IMG/VR virus record: IMGVR_UViG_3300025889_000070
Origin: a virus
Lineage: Duplodnaviria; Caudoviricetes
Strand: one strand, 5' to 3'
Length of the DNA: 64,000 nucleotides
The first letter of the stretch is position 1, and every line of letters begins with the position of its first letter. Below the pieces are notes generated by a model. That model was not told the origin of the DNA, did no database searches, and worked only from the letters and a program-made list of their open reading frames with translations. The translations under genes were made by a program, and so were the position numbers. Shown in pieces: positions 29,983 to 40,555 of the stretch.

Positions 29983-32900
29983 TAGTAACTATAACCTCCA
30001 CTGCCGGTAATTCTTGTAGTTGATCCGCCTATACTAATATTTTTAGTGGTTTCTACAACTGTGTTGGCGCTGCCTGTGGTTACACTTTCAATACGATTAA
30101 TTTCTGCAGTGGAGTTGATAACTATCCCACTTGCTTGAATCTGCGCCGCAGTTATTACATCTATAATTTGTACATCATTTACTGTCGCTGCACTTATAAA
30201 AATTTCATCCCTACTACTAGCTATTTGATACAAACTACCAAATCCACTGGTACTATTTTTAGGAACAATAATAACACTGAGTACATCTGGTGTTAATTTA
30301 TTGTGCAAATAGGCACTTAATTCACTAAAATAAAAAGTATCACCAAAGTCCCAATTTGCTAGCGCAAAATAATTATTAATCTCTTCCACAACTCTTGCTT
30401 TAATTTCGTTATCACTAACAAGTGTGGCGGTGTTTTTAACAATTTTAAAGTTTGCTTGTAATTCAGCGTCTGCCTTGGTGCCGAAAAGTGGTCTATAGTT
30501 GACGCCGTTAAAAATAATAGCGTCACTTACACTCTTGTAAGTTTCTAAACTACCATAACTGTCTCTTAGTTCATTTGTACTAGGCTTTACTGGCTTTGTT
30601 ACACTGCCAGTAATATCTGTTACATAATTACGATAATCAGTATCATATTGTTTTGTAAGCAGATATAAGTCAATAATATTACTAGGCGCAGGATCAATAC
30701 GTCTGTTATTGGGAGCATTATGAGTATACTGGAAAAGAATATTAGATCTACCAACTTTTGTCAAATACGCTGTAGATTCTGTTAGTACCTTTTCATTAGC
30801 ACTGTTCACGCTCAAAATATAGAATTTACCAGTACTACTTGTATAGAAAATTTGCCCACTGCTATATGTATCTTTGACCGCAGTTACCGCGGTAAGAGTT
30901 GTGTAATAACTTTCAACACTGGAATCGAGTACAGGTTCTATTTTTGTGTAACCATAGTTGTCCAAATATGATTTATAAAATGCAACCTTTTTACTAGCAT
31001 TAACATTTGGGCTTACTACTTTATCAAACACGTCAGGATCGTCAATAGCACCATCACTGTCCTGATCCGGAAAGGTTACCTTAATACGCTCTGTTAAAAC
31101 ATAACCATCAGTTTCAATGACTGTATCATCAATATTCATAACAAAGTCCTGAGCAAATGGTAAGTTACTGTCGGGCAAACTGTTTACTTTGAGCATAACA
31201 ATTTTATCTCTGATAGTTTTGCCAGTTCTTGGATCAAAGATTTTTAAATCTTTGTCAAAATAGAATCGTGTTTCCAAATAACTTTCGAAAACATAATCTA
31301 ACTGTCTATATTTTACAGTATACGTTTCCCCATCATTTGTAAGTAAAAAGTACCAACTAGCATCTCTGTTGTTGCCTGTGGTATCGCCGGCAAATTGTGT
31401 GCTGAAAGTTGTGGTTTGGTTTAAGTTAGTACTACTAATAATTGCCCAGGCTTGGGTGTCCTGATCATAACGTATACCCAGTGTCTTATAATCGCCAATG
31501 TCTGCTATTAGGCTTTGTCTAACTGTGTTTGTCAAACTTGTATTCCAGGGAACAATTACAACTTCAAGTTTAGCAGTATCAGGCACAACTTCAGTAAGAG
31601 TAATCGGCCCAGTGCCATTGTCTAAGTTTCCTTTGCCTTGGTTTGTGCCATCATCTACTAGGTTACTGCAACTTGCCCACAGGTAAGTCCTTGTATTTAA
31701 ATCACCAGAACTGCCAGCAACTAAATTATTGTTTACATCAAATACATAGCCACTGGGAGCAGTAAACTTTACTAAACTGCCCTCTTTAAAATATTTCATG
31801 TTACTACTAGTAAAGCCTGCTACCTGCTGCGGATTTCCACTACTATTTTTAAAATATCCGGTACAAACTCCTGTACCAATACTGCTTTGTTCCCAGGTAA
31901 TACCAAGAGCACTCACATCAAGTCTTGGCTGCTTGTCCAAGAAGTAATGCTGCATGCTTTTGCCCTGTGTCAAGCGTTGTATTTGTGTTGTAATAACGTT
32001 ATCAATGTCACTGTCAGTTATAAAATTAAATGTAAATGTTGGCAGTAAACTTTCTCTGTAAAATATTCCATCTTCCGCAAATATGTTGGTGCTGGAATAT
32101 TTGCCAGTAGTATCTCTAACATCCAAATATCTACTTACACCACTGCTGGTGCGATTTACTGCTTTACTTTTTACAACACTGTTAAAGCTGGTGTAGGGTA
32201 GAATCTGATAATCTTCGCCGGTGACCATCCGGTCCTGTGTGTAGTATTGTTGTTGTGCTCTTGCTTTAATGTCGTTTAAGTTTTCTCTGGCTACTGCATT
32301 AGCAACGGTTTGTTTTAAACTCATGTTAAGAGTTAGTGTTTCTACCTGTGTGCTATGACTCAAATAGGGCAAAGTAATAGTAACATTGTCCATGTCCTGA
32401 GGGCTAATTTTATAGGTAAATCCATTTCCAGTGCGGAAATAGCATCTGTAGTTACCCTGTGGAATATCTGAAAATACACCATCACCAAACACAAGACTAA
32501 TTCTATCACCACTACGGCTTTGTACATTGAATAGTGTCTTGATGTTTTTACTTAAACTATTAAAAATAACACTATTACCACTGATAGCAGGAACTTTTGT
32601 CCATAAATCCTGCTCATTGCCATTGCTGTCTAGTTTATAAAGCCAAACATCATTGTTATCCACACCAGTAACATCTATTTCTACCACTCTGTTTGGTAGT
32701 GCTTCATCAATATTAAAATCCACAGTTTGTAGATTTCCCTGTTTAAAGTAAAAGAAGTATCCTGTATTAACACTGGAGAATCCACGGGCGTCGTTTTTGT
32801 ATATTGTATTAATAGTACTGGTTGGTTTGGGTGGTATTTCGTACAAGAAGTCTGTGCCACTGAAGGTTCCATTTACAATCTCAAAATTAAATTGGCTGCC

Positions 32901-33518
32901 ACCTACACTGTTAGTATAGTCAAAAATACTAACTGTATTAGGAATAGTGCTTAAATTATACTCTTCAATTTTTATACCACCAACAGTGGTTCTCAAACTA
33001 GGAGCACCAAAACGCTGTGTTTTTACAGTAGCAGCATTCATTACAGTTGTAAACTGTTCTAGGAAATCTGAATTAGTTTCATCTGCCCAGAAGATTTCAG
33101 TGTTGGCTAGATTATTTCCATTACTATCAAAAATATTTTCTGTTGTTTGTACACTGTCTACTTTTAGCATACCCCTAGCAATTTGACTACGCTTAGGTGT
33201 GTAATTTAACATCTTTGCTAATCTGAGAATACTATCTCTACGCTCAGCAGTTTCCAGGAAGTTTTCTCTAGCGTTTAAATCTGTTCTAAAACTAATGCTC
33301 TGAGCAATATAGGCAATAAGATCAATTAGTGCTACATATTCTGAACTTTCAATAAAGTCATTGAAATCTTCAGGGTAAAATTCCCTGAGATAATCCACCA
33401 TTGACTTACGAATTGTTTGAAAGTCATAGCTTTGAAAGTCTATTTCTTTAAAACTTTCGTATACCTTTGTCCAGTCTTGTGTAGCAAATAAATTGCTTGA
33501 TCTTGTTGTATGCGCCAT
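29982..33518 (-). CDS. gp6: Baseplate wedge subunit, T4 gp6-like
   Basis: DFQSYDFQTIRKSMVDYL...FNDFIESSEYVALIDLIAY...ENFLETAERRDSILRLAKMLNY and E-x-I-K...QDRMVTGEDY, characteristic of gp6/baseplate J; follows gp25. Confidence 0.88.
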   Translation of the reverse strand: MAHTTRSSNLFATQDWTKVYESFKEIDFQSYDFQTIRKSMVDYLREFYPEDFNDFIESSEYVALIDLIAYIAQSISFRTDLNARENFLETAERRDSILRLAKMLNYTPKRSQIARGMLKVDSVQTTENIFDSNGNNLANTEIFWADETNSDFLEQFTTVMNAATVKTQRFGAPSLRTTVGGIKIEEYNLSTIPNTVSIFDYTNSVGGSQFNFEIVNGTFSGTDFLYEIPPKPTSTINTIYKNDARGFSSVNTGYFFYFKQGNLQTVDFNIDEALPNRVVEIDVTGVDNNDVWLYKLDSNGNEQDLWTKVPAISGNSVIFNSLSKNIKTLFNVQSRSGDRISLVFGDGVFSDIPQGNYRCYFRTGNGFTYKISPQDMDNVTITLPYLSHSTQVETLTLNMSLKQTVANAVARENLNDIKARAQQQYYTQDRMVTGEDYQILPYTSFNSVVKSKAVNRTSSGVSRYLDVRDTTGKYSSTNIFAEDGIFYRESLLPTFTFNFITDSDIDNVITTQIQRLTQGKSMQHYFLDKQPRLDVSALGITWEQSSIGTGVCTGYFKNSSGNPQQVAGFTSSNMKYFKEGSLVKFTAPSGYVFDVNNNLVAGSSGDLNTRTYLWASCSNLVDDGTNQGKGNLDNGTGPITLTEVVPDTAKLEVVIVPWNTSLTNTVRQSLIADIGDYKTLGIRYDQDTQAWAIISSTNLNQTTTFSTQFAGDTTGNNRDASWYFLLTNDGETYTVKYRQLDYVFESYLETRFYFDKDLKIFDPRTGKTIRDKIVMLKVNSLPDSNLPFAQDFVMNIDDTVIETDGYVLTERIKVTFPDQDSDGAIDDPDVFDKVVSPNVNASKKVAFYKSYLDNYGYTKIEPVLDSSVESYYTTLTAVTAVKDTYSSGQIFYTSSTGKFYILSVNSANEKVLTESTAYLTKVGRSNILFQYTHNAPNNRRIDPAPSNIIDLYLLTKQYDTDYRNYVTDITGSVTKPVKPSTNELRDSYGSLETYKSVSDAIIFNGVNYRPLFGTKADAELQANFKIVKNTATLVSDNEIKARVVEEINNYFALANWDFGDTFYFSELSAYLHNKLTPDVLSVIIVPKNSTSGFGSLYQIASSRDEIFISAATVNDVQIIDVITAAQIQASGIVINSTAEINRIESVTTGSANTVVETTKNISIGGSTTRITGSGGYSY

Positions 33519-33536
33519 ACCTGCTTACCTTTACTA

Positions 33537-33544
33537 TATTTATT
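33537..33544 (-). promoter_or_regulatory. T4-type late promoter (AATAAATA)
   Basis: Intergenic, about 20 nt upstream of the gp6 start. Confidence 0.55.
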
Positions 33545-33564
33545 AGTATAATTATATGGGCATA

Positions 33565-33936
33565 TTAACTAACAGTGCCATCTTGTCTATTAAAGTTTAT
33601 TAACAGTGTTTCTACCTGGTTTGTTTGTACATATACTAACTCTAGTTCACACTGGATACCATTATTAAACTCAGTTAGTATTAGTTGTTTTAACCCTATT
33701 CTTGGATCTTGGTTAATAGTGGTTGTTACCTCTTCTATCAGTAAGTTTTTAACTTCTTCAGTAAGTGGTTCCATGATTAAGTCAAGAATACTGCTACCAT
33801 AAGCAGGATTGCCTACTTTTTCACCTTTACGGATAGCAAAACTATTTAAAAGGTCCCGATTAATTAACTCGGTATCCGTTAGTCTAGGGCTAGAAAACTC
33901 GCCTTCTAGCGTACTAAATCCACGATATATACTCAT
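33565..33936 (-). CDS. gp25: Baseplate wedge subunit, gp25-like
   Basis: LINRDLLNSFAIRKGEKVGNPAYGSSILDLIMEPL...DPRI pattern of the GPW_gp25 family; upstream of gp6. Confidence 0.88.
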   Translation of the reverse strand: MSIYRGFSTLEGEFSSPRLTDTELINRDLLNSFAIRKGEKVGNPAYGSSILDLIMEPLTEEVKNLLIEEVTTTINQDPRIGLKQLILTEFNNGIQCELELVYVQTNQVETLLINFNRQDGTVS

Positions 33937-33946
33937 TTTTTCCTCC

Positions 33947-34771
33947 CTAGAATTTAATCTTTCCTGATCTTACCTGTCTATAAAATTCACGAACTACATC
34001 AGATCCAGTTAAACTACTTTCACTTTTAAATTTGTTTAGTGCAACCGCTCTGTCTTCTCGTCGGCCTGTTAAATAAATTTGTGCATTACTTTGTCTATCT
34101 GCCGGCGACAGGCTGTAATCTACAGTGTGTTTTTTTACACTAATAGTATTAGATTCCACAGTATTTTTTTGACTTTCCAGCAAATAATGTGTAAAAAAAT
34201 CTGGAGACTTGTTAAATTTTCCCAGTGTGCCGGCTTGTGCTACTGTACTAAAACCCTTCTGAAACCAGGGAATCATTTGACTTCTCATATCTGTATCGTT
34301 TACGGTTTGGTAAACGCCTAGAAGCGGTCTAGGATGAATTTCTTCTCCAGTCCTAAATTGTAATGTAGCTTTAGACCCAAAAGCCTTGGCTACAGTAATA
34401 AGCCCTGCAACATCAGATTCTGGGTCATTTGGCTGTATACCGCCATTTAAACTAAGTTCTTCATATAAGTCCCGCAACTCAACTGTGTTTAAATTTTCCT
34501 GAATTTCTTCGTTCGTATAAAAATCCATTCTACTTCTCATACCCAGCTTTCCAGTCCAAACTCTAGGATTTTTTAATTCACCATTAAACTGAGCATAAGG
34601 CTTAATAAATCCATTCTTCTTTAAGACACGAACGTTAGCGCCGTATTTTCCTATTGCTCTACTAAGTGGATGCTCAAATTTTAGATTACCCTTGCTTTCA
34701 ATGAGATCTACAATAGCTGCTTTTATTACGTCTATAGTTTCTTCATGTAAAATTTCTATCGATACTGTCAT
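33947..34771 (-). CDS. Hypothetical protein (274 aa) between gp5 and gp25
   Basis: Intact ORF with purine-rich RBS (ccaggaaaaaaac); no motif recognised. Confidence 0.7.
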   Translation of the reverse strand: MTVSIEILHEETIDVIKAAIVDLIESKGNLKFEHPLSRAIGKYGANVRVLKKNGFIKPYAQFNGELKNPRVWTGKLGMRSRMDFYTNEEIQENLNTVELRDLYEELSLNGGIQPNDPESDVAGLITVAKAFGSKATLQFRTGEEIHPRPLLGVYQTVNDTDMRSQMIPWFQKGFSTVAQAGTLGKFNKSPDFFTHYLLESQKNTVESNTISVKKHTVDYSLSPADRQSNAQIYLTGRREDRAVALNKFKSESSLTGSDVVREFYRQVRSGKIKF

Positions 34772-34785
34772 GTTTTTTTCCTGGA

Positions 34786-36393
34786 TTATGCTTCTAAAGT
34801 TGTGTCTACTAATTCCGTAACACTAGTGCCTGTAAACTTGTTGACTAGACCTTTAACAGCATCTAATCCTGAACTTAGCACATTGATGCTTTGTTTTGGC
34901 TTTAGTACACTAAGTGAGCCACTATCCGGCACATCTGTAACACTAACTTGCTTTGATGATGTAGTCTGTGATACACTGGCATGTTGGGCAAAGGGCTCAT
35001 GAGTGGGTGCTCTATCCACTGTAGTTTTAATATTACCACCGCTTGTCCAGAACCCATTGCTGTCGGGTTTAGAATCTGGCAATGATTTTAAGGGCACTGC
35101 ATTTTGTTTTGCTGCTGGTCCAGCGCCACCATTAAGGGCAATACAACTTGCCTTTAGATCCATGTTACCACCTGCTTGTATACCAACAGTTGAACTACCA
35201 GACATAGCAAGAGCAGCGCCACTTTTGATATGCGCTCCCTTGCCACCGTAAAGCATTGTAGTTCCATCACTATACAAATTAGCTAGTGATTTTCCTTCTA
35301 GTGTAAGTGATCCGCCACTAACCATTTGTATTTGTTGCCCAGCATGAAACTTTATACTCTGATCAGCATGAAAATTCATACTGCTACTTCTAAAGTTAAT
35401 ACTACGCTGACTAAAAACATCTAATTGTCCATTTTTGTCCATTTGTATCCAAGTAGAACCACTGCTATTACTAATATAGATAACACCTTCTGTATCATGT
35501 AATAGTACTTGATGTCCTCCAGCACTACGTAAACGAACTAGATTATTATTTCCCTGAATGTCTCCGTCATCCATTACAAAAGCATGGCCGTGTTTTCTTG
35601 CTATCTTTCCTTCTACTGCTCTAGCATCAGCTGATGATAAGTCTTCTCCAGCGTCAAGTTTATCTATAATGTCTTTTCTGTCTTTAAGATCGCGGCCACG
35701 CACATCTGTTTTTCTACCTTTTGTGCTAATACCAAAAACTTCGCTGGGTGTTTCCCGCATAGCATTACTAGTAGTTAACCCTCTAATCTCGTCCTGATCC
35801 AAACCCTGTGTTTTTAATTGTATGGCTTTATCAAAGTCTACACCACGTTGTATAGTGTTAAAATTTGTTAACTTTTCTACATCATTGTCTTTGTCATTAA
35901 ATTCTAAACCAGGAGCCTTGGTGTGTCTAACAATTTTTTCCAAACCAGTTTTATTAAAATTACTGGTCATTGCAGCTTCAGGCAAAGTCTGCATCATATA
36001 GACGTCTGGTGCACAAGCAAACCAGTAACCGTCCTGGTTTCTACCTTCAGGAAAAAAACATAGTACTCTGGTGCCCACGTCAGGACATGGATAAACAATA
36101 CCACCTGTATTTTTGACACTTTGTGCACTATTTCCGCTTCCTTGAACTTCTGTTCTGCTATAAAACGGACTAGCATACTTTACACTGCGCCACTGGCTTT
36201 TGTCATCTTCTCTAGATTTATCAGCAAAAGTAGGAACAAAAACCTGCAGGACACCCATAGCACTAGGGTGAGCATTTGTTTTGACTACCCCAACTACTAC
36301 ACCGCGCTCTTCTCTTAAACCTTCAGATCGCGAAGTATTATGATCTTTGTCTCCGCCCTTTTTTCCTGATTGAAATGTTGAATCTATGCCCAT
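34786..36393 (-). CDS. gp5: Baseplate hub/central spike, gp5-like (OB fold plus beta-helix; no lysozyme domain seen)
   Basis: GVVKTNAHPSAMGVLQVFVP...YASPFY...PDVGTRVLCFF OB-fold start; GHAFVMDD...VRLRSAGGHQVLLHDT...WIQMDKNGQLDVFS beta-helix repeats. Confidence 0.8.
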   Translation of the reverse strand: MGIDSTFQSGKKGGDKDHNTSRSEGLREERGVVVGVVKTNAHPSAMGVLQVFVPTFADKSREDDKSQWRSVKYASPFYSRTEVQGSGNSAQSVKNTGGIVYPCPDVGTRVLCFFPEGRNQDGYWFACAPDVYMMQTLPEAAMTSNFNKTGLEKIVRHTKAPGLEFNDKDNDVEKLTNFNTIQRGVDFDKAIQLKTQGLDQDEIRGLTTSNAMRETPSEVFGISTKGRKTDVRGRDLKDRKDIIDKLDAGEDLSSADARAVEGKIARKHGHAFVMDDGDIQGNNNLVRLRSAGGHQVLLHDTEGVIYISNSSGSTWIQMDKNGQLDVFSQRSINFRSSSMNFHADQSIKFHAGQQIQMVSGGSLTLEGKSLANLYSDGTTMLYGGKGAHIKSGAALAMSGSSTVGIQAGGNMDLKASCIALNGGAGPAAKQNAVPLKSLPDSKPDSNGFWTSGGNIKTTVDRAPTHEPFAQHASVSQTTSSKQVSVTDVPDSGSLSVLKPKQSINVLSSGLDAVKGLVNKFTGTSVTELVDTTLEA

Positions 36394-36394
36394 T

Positions 36395-39307
36395 CTATGC
36401 TTCCAATATATCTGTGTTATTTACTCTGTTAAATGTAATCACCGGTGCTTCCTCTGGTATTTCATCTCCAATGCCTTCTTCAAATTGGCCTTGATCTGTT
36501 CTATCTGCTTCTGCTTGTATTCTTTCTGCTTGTAAATTATTGGTAAAGTCTTGAGCAAGTTGAGACAATGAAGTTGCCCCAGATCTTGCAAGAGCAGCAA
36601 ATGGATTTCTACCTGCGCTCATTATTTGGAACATTATATTACTAAATTGATCTACAGCATCCTGTCTTTCCTGATTTTGAATACTGGTTGTACTTCTGCC
36701 AACTTTTCCATTTACTGGTTGCATCTTTTCTCTTAGCGCACTCAGAGTTTGTGTAAAAACCCCGCCACTAAAATTACTGGTTGTTTGTGTAACTCTGTAT
36801 ACTCCGTTAAACTGGCTTGAAGAATATTTACTCTCAGTTGACAAATCCATAAGTCCAGTTACTGGATTATAGTCTGTTGGTGTTTTAAGATTAACCTGTA
36901 TATAAGGTGGTGTCAAATCATAGTTAATAGTGCCGTCTGGCAAAAATGGTTCATTGTATACTTTGTTGTTATTTCCCTGTGGTTGAAACATAGCATCACC
37001 GGTTGGAAAAAATGCAGGGTCACCTAGTATATCCATTTCAATTTGCACAAGATCATAACCATCGTGCATAATTGTTCCAAAAAGATCTTTTTTGCGCTTT
37101 GCTGTAACTGATTCGTCATTAACAATGTTTTGATTCTGACTAGGCACATCTTTCATTTGAGTATGAACATCTTCAATGTTTTTAAGATCGCGATCTGGTG
37201 TTCCAGTACCCAGTGTTCTAGCTTGATAATAAGCTGTGTCAAAGTCTAATCTAAATGTTTGTACTTCTGTATTATTTCCTGAAAAAATATAATCATAAAT
37301 TTTGTGTACACCTTGGCCTTTGGGTTTAGTTTTAGCTGCCCAGGGAAAGTCCTGATAAAATTGGCCGTTTACAATAACAGTATACTGTACATGAAACTTA
37401 TATCTACTATCTTTGTCGTCCCAGCCTAAAAATTTAGTAATTTGTGGTATAATTTTAAACCAGCGTATTTTTTCCTTTTTTTCTTGATTTTGTGGCTCTT
37501 CATTAATATTAGAATCTAAATAGTTACTGGCTACAATTACATAGTTAATTAATGCAGTTATATTAGTACCATTGTTTATTTTGAACAAATTATTTTTTTT
37601 GTCTACTGTGACTTTACCCTTAACAGCGCCAGCTATAGTTTTATAGGCTTTTTGATTCGCTTGTGGAGTATTTAAAGCATCAAACTTTTCAGATTGTACT
37701 TTTGCATTGCCTATTTCCGGCGCAAATTTAAAACTTACTTCATCGGCAATTTTCGAAGTTGATGGAATAGTTTTTCCAGTCTTTTTATCTGTAGTTGGCT
37801 GTGTCTTCTTTTTGTAGAAATCATTCATTGCTGCCTGTAAAGTAGTATGAGGTTCTCCAAAAATGTTCTTTGTCGTTGTAACAGTTCGAAATTGTTCGTC
37901 TTCAATGTCGCCATCGCCTAGCTCGCCAGTACCGGCGACTACTCTTTTAGATTCAGTTACAGTTTTATCTTCTATACTAGCAGCACCCTGGAACACATCT
38001 TTTACTGTGCCAGCACTTACTTGTACGTTTACAGGAATAGTGCTGCTAATACTGCTAAACACACTGTGGTTGAAAGGTAGTGCTGAACATTTATACACTG
38101 CGCCACTCTCTGTAACACTAAATGTAATATCATTAATTTTAATAGGAATATGTTTGGGCTTTATTGCACCAATAATTTCTGCACCAGTATCATCATATCC
38201 TTTGAATGTTATCTTCAATACATAAGGAGTGCTGATATAGTTTTCATTTTCCTCTAACATGGTTTTAGCAGCATCTTTTAATCTTTCAAGTAACGTTACG
38301 CCATTGGGTTCTGTTATTTGGAAAGTTAGCTCTGTAGCATTTGTGTTGACTGCTCTTGTGCTAGGCGCGGTGGCTAGATTGTTTAATTTAAGGTTATCAA
38401 TAAAAAAATCTACATCAAACTGCTCTGGTCCGTCGGAGGCTATTCCTCCACTTCTAACAATAGGCACGCTAAAGTTGCTTAATATTCTATTAACATCACC
38501 AGGCGCTTGAAGTAGATCTACATAGCGCCTGGGACTTAACATTAATAATTCAAAGTTATATGTGTAACTTGCAAAATCACTAAGTTGATTTGTCTGTGGA
38601 TTTATTTCAATATTTTCAATATCTGCTGTTAGTTCTGCCCCAGTAGTCCCTGATCTTATGTCTTTAGTGTTTCCCTGTGCTTGTGTAACTACAGGAGCGG
38701 TCGTAGATGCTGCCACTTTAGGATCCGGGGATCCGGAAACCGTGCCAGGTGTTACAGACTCCGCAGCTTCTCCTGAACTTGTTCCTGCTCCTGGTTCAAT
38801 ATCTCCAAAATCAAAATCACTATCTTCAGCATCGCTGCCTCCTGCTCCAGGATCTCTGCCTTGAACTCTAGCACTTTCTTCGGCGCTTAAATCACCACCT
38901 GGAGTAGTTGTTGCTGGTCTGTCTTGTTGATTATCAGGAGTTATTACGTCTGAATCAGGCTGCGGGGCAGGAGGAGTACTACTACTTACTGCCGCTTCTC
39001 CTCTATGTGGCCAATCCTCAGATATAGCAAAGGTACCAAAACTAACCGCATCTGTACGCAAGGCTGAAGTAATTGCCGGCAGTTGACTAGCGATTGATGT
39101 TTTAAGATTTATAGATAACTGAGCATTAATAAAAGCACCATTTGGATTAGGGGTACCATCTTCATCAACAAGAGTTTCACTCCTGCGCCTAGTAAGTTCA
39201 CTCTCAGCAAAATTAAGTTGACGGTTTGCTTCTTGATTGGCCAGGGAAGGATTACCCTGAACATCAGCTGCTTCTAAAAATCGTTGTCCGTTTACTATTA
39301 CAGCCAT
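36395..39307 (-). CDS. Baseplate hub protein (gp27-like position), 970 aa
   Basis: Lies between gp53 and gp5; NQLSDFASYTYNFEL, FQITEPNGVTLLERL, ILGDPAF and FNGVYRVTQTTSNFSGGVFTQTL motifs typical of large hub proteins; low-complexity N-terminal extension. Confidence 0.65.
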   Translation of the reverse strand: MAVIVNGQRFLEAADVQGNPSLANQEANRQLNFAESELTRRRSETLVDEDGTPNPNGAFINAQLSINLKTSIASQLPAITSALRTDAVSFGTFAISEDWPHRGEAAVSSSTPPAPQPDSDVITPDNQQDRPATTTPGGDLSAEESARVQGRDPGAGGSDAEDSDFDFGDIEPGAGTSSGEAAESVTPGTVSGSPDPKVAASTTAPVVTQAQGNTKDIRSGTTGAELTADIENIEINPQTNQLSDFASYTYNFELLMLSPRRYVDLLQAPGDVNRILSNFSVPIVRSGGIASDGPEQFDVDFFIDNLKLNNLATAPSTRAVNTNATELTFQITEPNGVTLLERLKDAAKTMLEENENYISTPYVLKITFKGYDDTGAEIIGAIKPKHIPIKINDITFSVTESGAVYKCSALPFNHSVFSSISSTIPVNVQVSAGTVKDVFQGAASIEDKTVTESKRVVAGTGELGDGDIEDEQFRTVTTTKNIFGEPHTTLQAAMNDFYKKKTQPTTDKKTGKTIPSTSKIADEVSFKFAPEIGNAKVQSEKFDALNTPQANQKAYKTIAGAVKGKVTVDKKNNLFKINNGTNITALINYVIVASNYLDSNINEEPQNQEKKEKIRWFKIIPQITKFLGWDDKDSRYKFHVQYTVIVNGQFYQDFPWAAKTKPKGQGVHKIYDYIFSGNNTEVQTFRLDFDTAYYQARTLGTGTPDRDLKNIEDVHTQMKDVPSQNQNIVNDESVTAKRKKDLFGTIMHDGYDLVQIEMDILGDPAFFPTGDAMFQPQGNNNKVYNEPFLPDGTINYDLTPPYIQVNLKTPTDYNPVTGLMDLSTESKYSSSQFNGVYRVTQTTSNFSGGVFTQTLSALREKMQPVNGKVGRSTTSIQNQERQDAVDQFSNIMFQIMSAGRNPFAALARSGATSLSQLAQDFTNNLQAERIQAEADRTDQGQFEEGIGDEIPEEAPVITFNRVNNTDILEA

Positions 39308-39308
39308 G

Positions 39309-39611
39309 TTAGATTCCTAACACTGACTCTAGCGTACTCTGTTTGGGAAGATATATCTGTTGTCCTACTCTAAAATCCCAGATCGGATCTTTCATAGCAT
39401 TGGGATTTCTTACCATGAACACCCACCATAGATTGGGATTATTATACAAATCATAAGCAAGCAGATCAGGCCTATACTGATATGTACTTGTTATTGTAAA
39501 CAATACATCATCTTGCTTGTAGGGAATACTTCTGTGTGTATATGTATCCAGTACATCACCATACATTTCTGTTATAGCATAAGGGCTATCTTGTCTATAT
39601 TCTACAGTCAT
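39309..39611 (-). CDS. gp53: Baseplate wedge subunit, gp53-like (LysM-type)
   Basis: YQYRPDLLAYDLYNNPNLWWVF...IYLP motif. Confidence 0.85.
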   Translation of the reverse strand: MTVEYRQDSPYAITEMYGDVLDTYTHRSIPYKQDDVLFTITSTYQYRPDLLAYDLYNNPNLWWVFMVRNPNAMKDPIWDFRVGQQIYLPKQSTLESVLGI

Positions 39612-40480
39612 TACGGCATAGTCCCGGGTCCAGTCTTGGAACCTATTAATCTTCCAGCAGCATAATCGTCCAAACTGAACTCTCTCATTCTTGTTCTGCT
39701 GAGTACTGGTATTAGTGTCACTGTAATTAGCATGCTAGTAGGTACTCTTGTGGTAGCACTGATGCCGCTTGGATCACCATCACCGCCACCACCAACTCTA
39801 GCATCTATATAATCAACACCTTGTTCAAAATCCTGATTAACATTGCCCAAAACAACAGGAACACTGTTAAACATATAAGGGCCGTGTGCGCTAAATCTTA
39901 ACACAGGTGGTGGAGTTCCGCGATTAGTATCTCTACCATAAAACATCTTGGACATTGCTCTTAAAAAATTAATCACGGCTAGCATATACTGTGCTTCTTG
40001 TGGTGTGTTTGCTGTAAACGTACCAGCGCATGTAATCTGATCTACACTGCTCATAGCATAACTCTGACTAGCATAGTTTGCGTGTGTAACCTGATTAGCA
40101 GTATAACTTGCGCTATAACTTACGTTAATACTAGGAGTATAAGGCCAAACAACACCATCAGTTAAGGCAAGTGGCGCTAGCAAGCTATTACTAGGGTCTC
40201 GGTAAAATTTGCCAGCTAACCCAGGACTGAGTGCTAGTCTTGCTCTAATGTCTTTACCACCATTAAAAGTAGTAAAACTTAGATCAGGATTAAAACTATT
40301 ATTTGCTGCTCCTGGAAATAGGGCATTGTTTATTAATCTATTAGCCTGACTGCCTATAACTCCGCGAGCAATTTTACTAACAACGCCGTCGCCAGGTATT
40401 ACCTTGCCAATTCCTTTATTAACAAGATTTTCCGTGGCACTCTGAATCTGTCCAGTAATATTAGTAAAATTAAAAGCCAT
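39611..40480 (-). CDS. Baseplate tail-tube cap/initiator, gp48/gp54-like
   Basis: GVVWPYTPSINVSYSASY...HANY...FTANTPQEAQYMLAVINFLR...PPPVLRFSAHGPYMFNSVPVV pattern; first gene of the baseplate operon. Confidence 0.7.
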   Translation of the reverse strand: MAFNFTNITGQIQSATENLVNKGIGKVIPGDGVVSKIARGVIGSQANRLINNALFPGAANNSFNPDLSFTTFNGGKDIRARLALSPGLAGKFYRDPSNSLLAPLALTDGVVWPYTPSINVSYSASYTANQVTHANYASQSYAMSSVDQITCAGTFTANTPQEAQYMLAVINFLRAMSKMFYGRDTNRGTPPPVLRFSAHGPYMFNSVPVVLGNVNQDFEQGVDYIDARVGGGGDGDPSGISATTRVPTSMLITVTLIPVLSRTRMREFSLDDYAAGRLIGSKTGPGTMP

Positions 40481-40500
40481 AAATATAGTATACTCACAAT

Positions 40501-40529
40501 TTGCTATTTGTATTTATTTGCCGTATAAT
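40501..40529 (+). promoter_or_regulatory. Sigma70-type promoter for gp55, overlapping a divergent late promoter
   Basis: TTGCTA-17 nt-TATAAT on the plus strand; the spacer contains TATTTATT (40511-40518), which reads AATAAATA on the minus strand, upstream of the baseplate operon. Confidence 0.7.
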
Positions 40530-40555
40530 AGTAGCATATTAAACAAGGATGAGGT

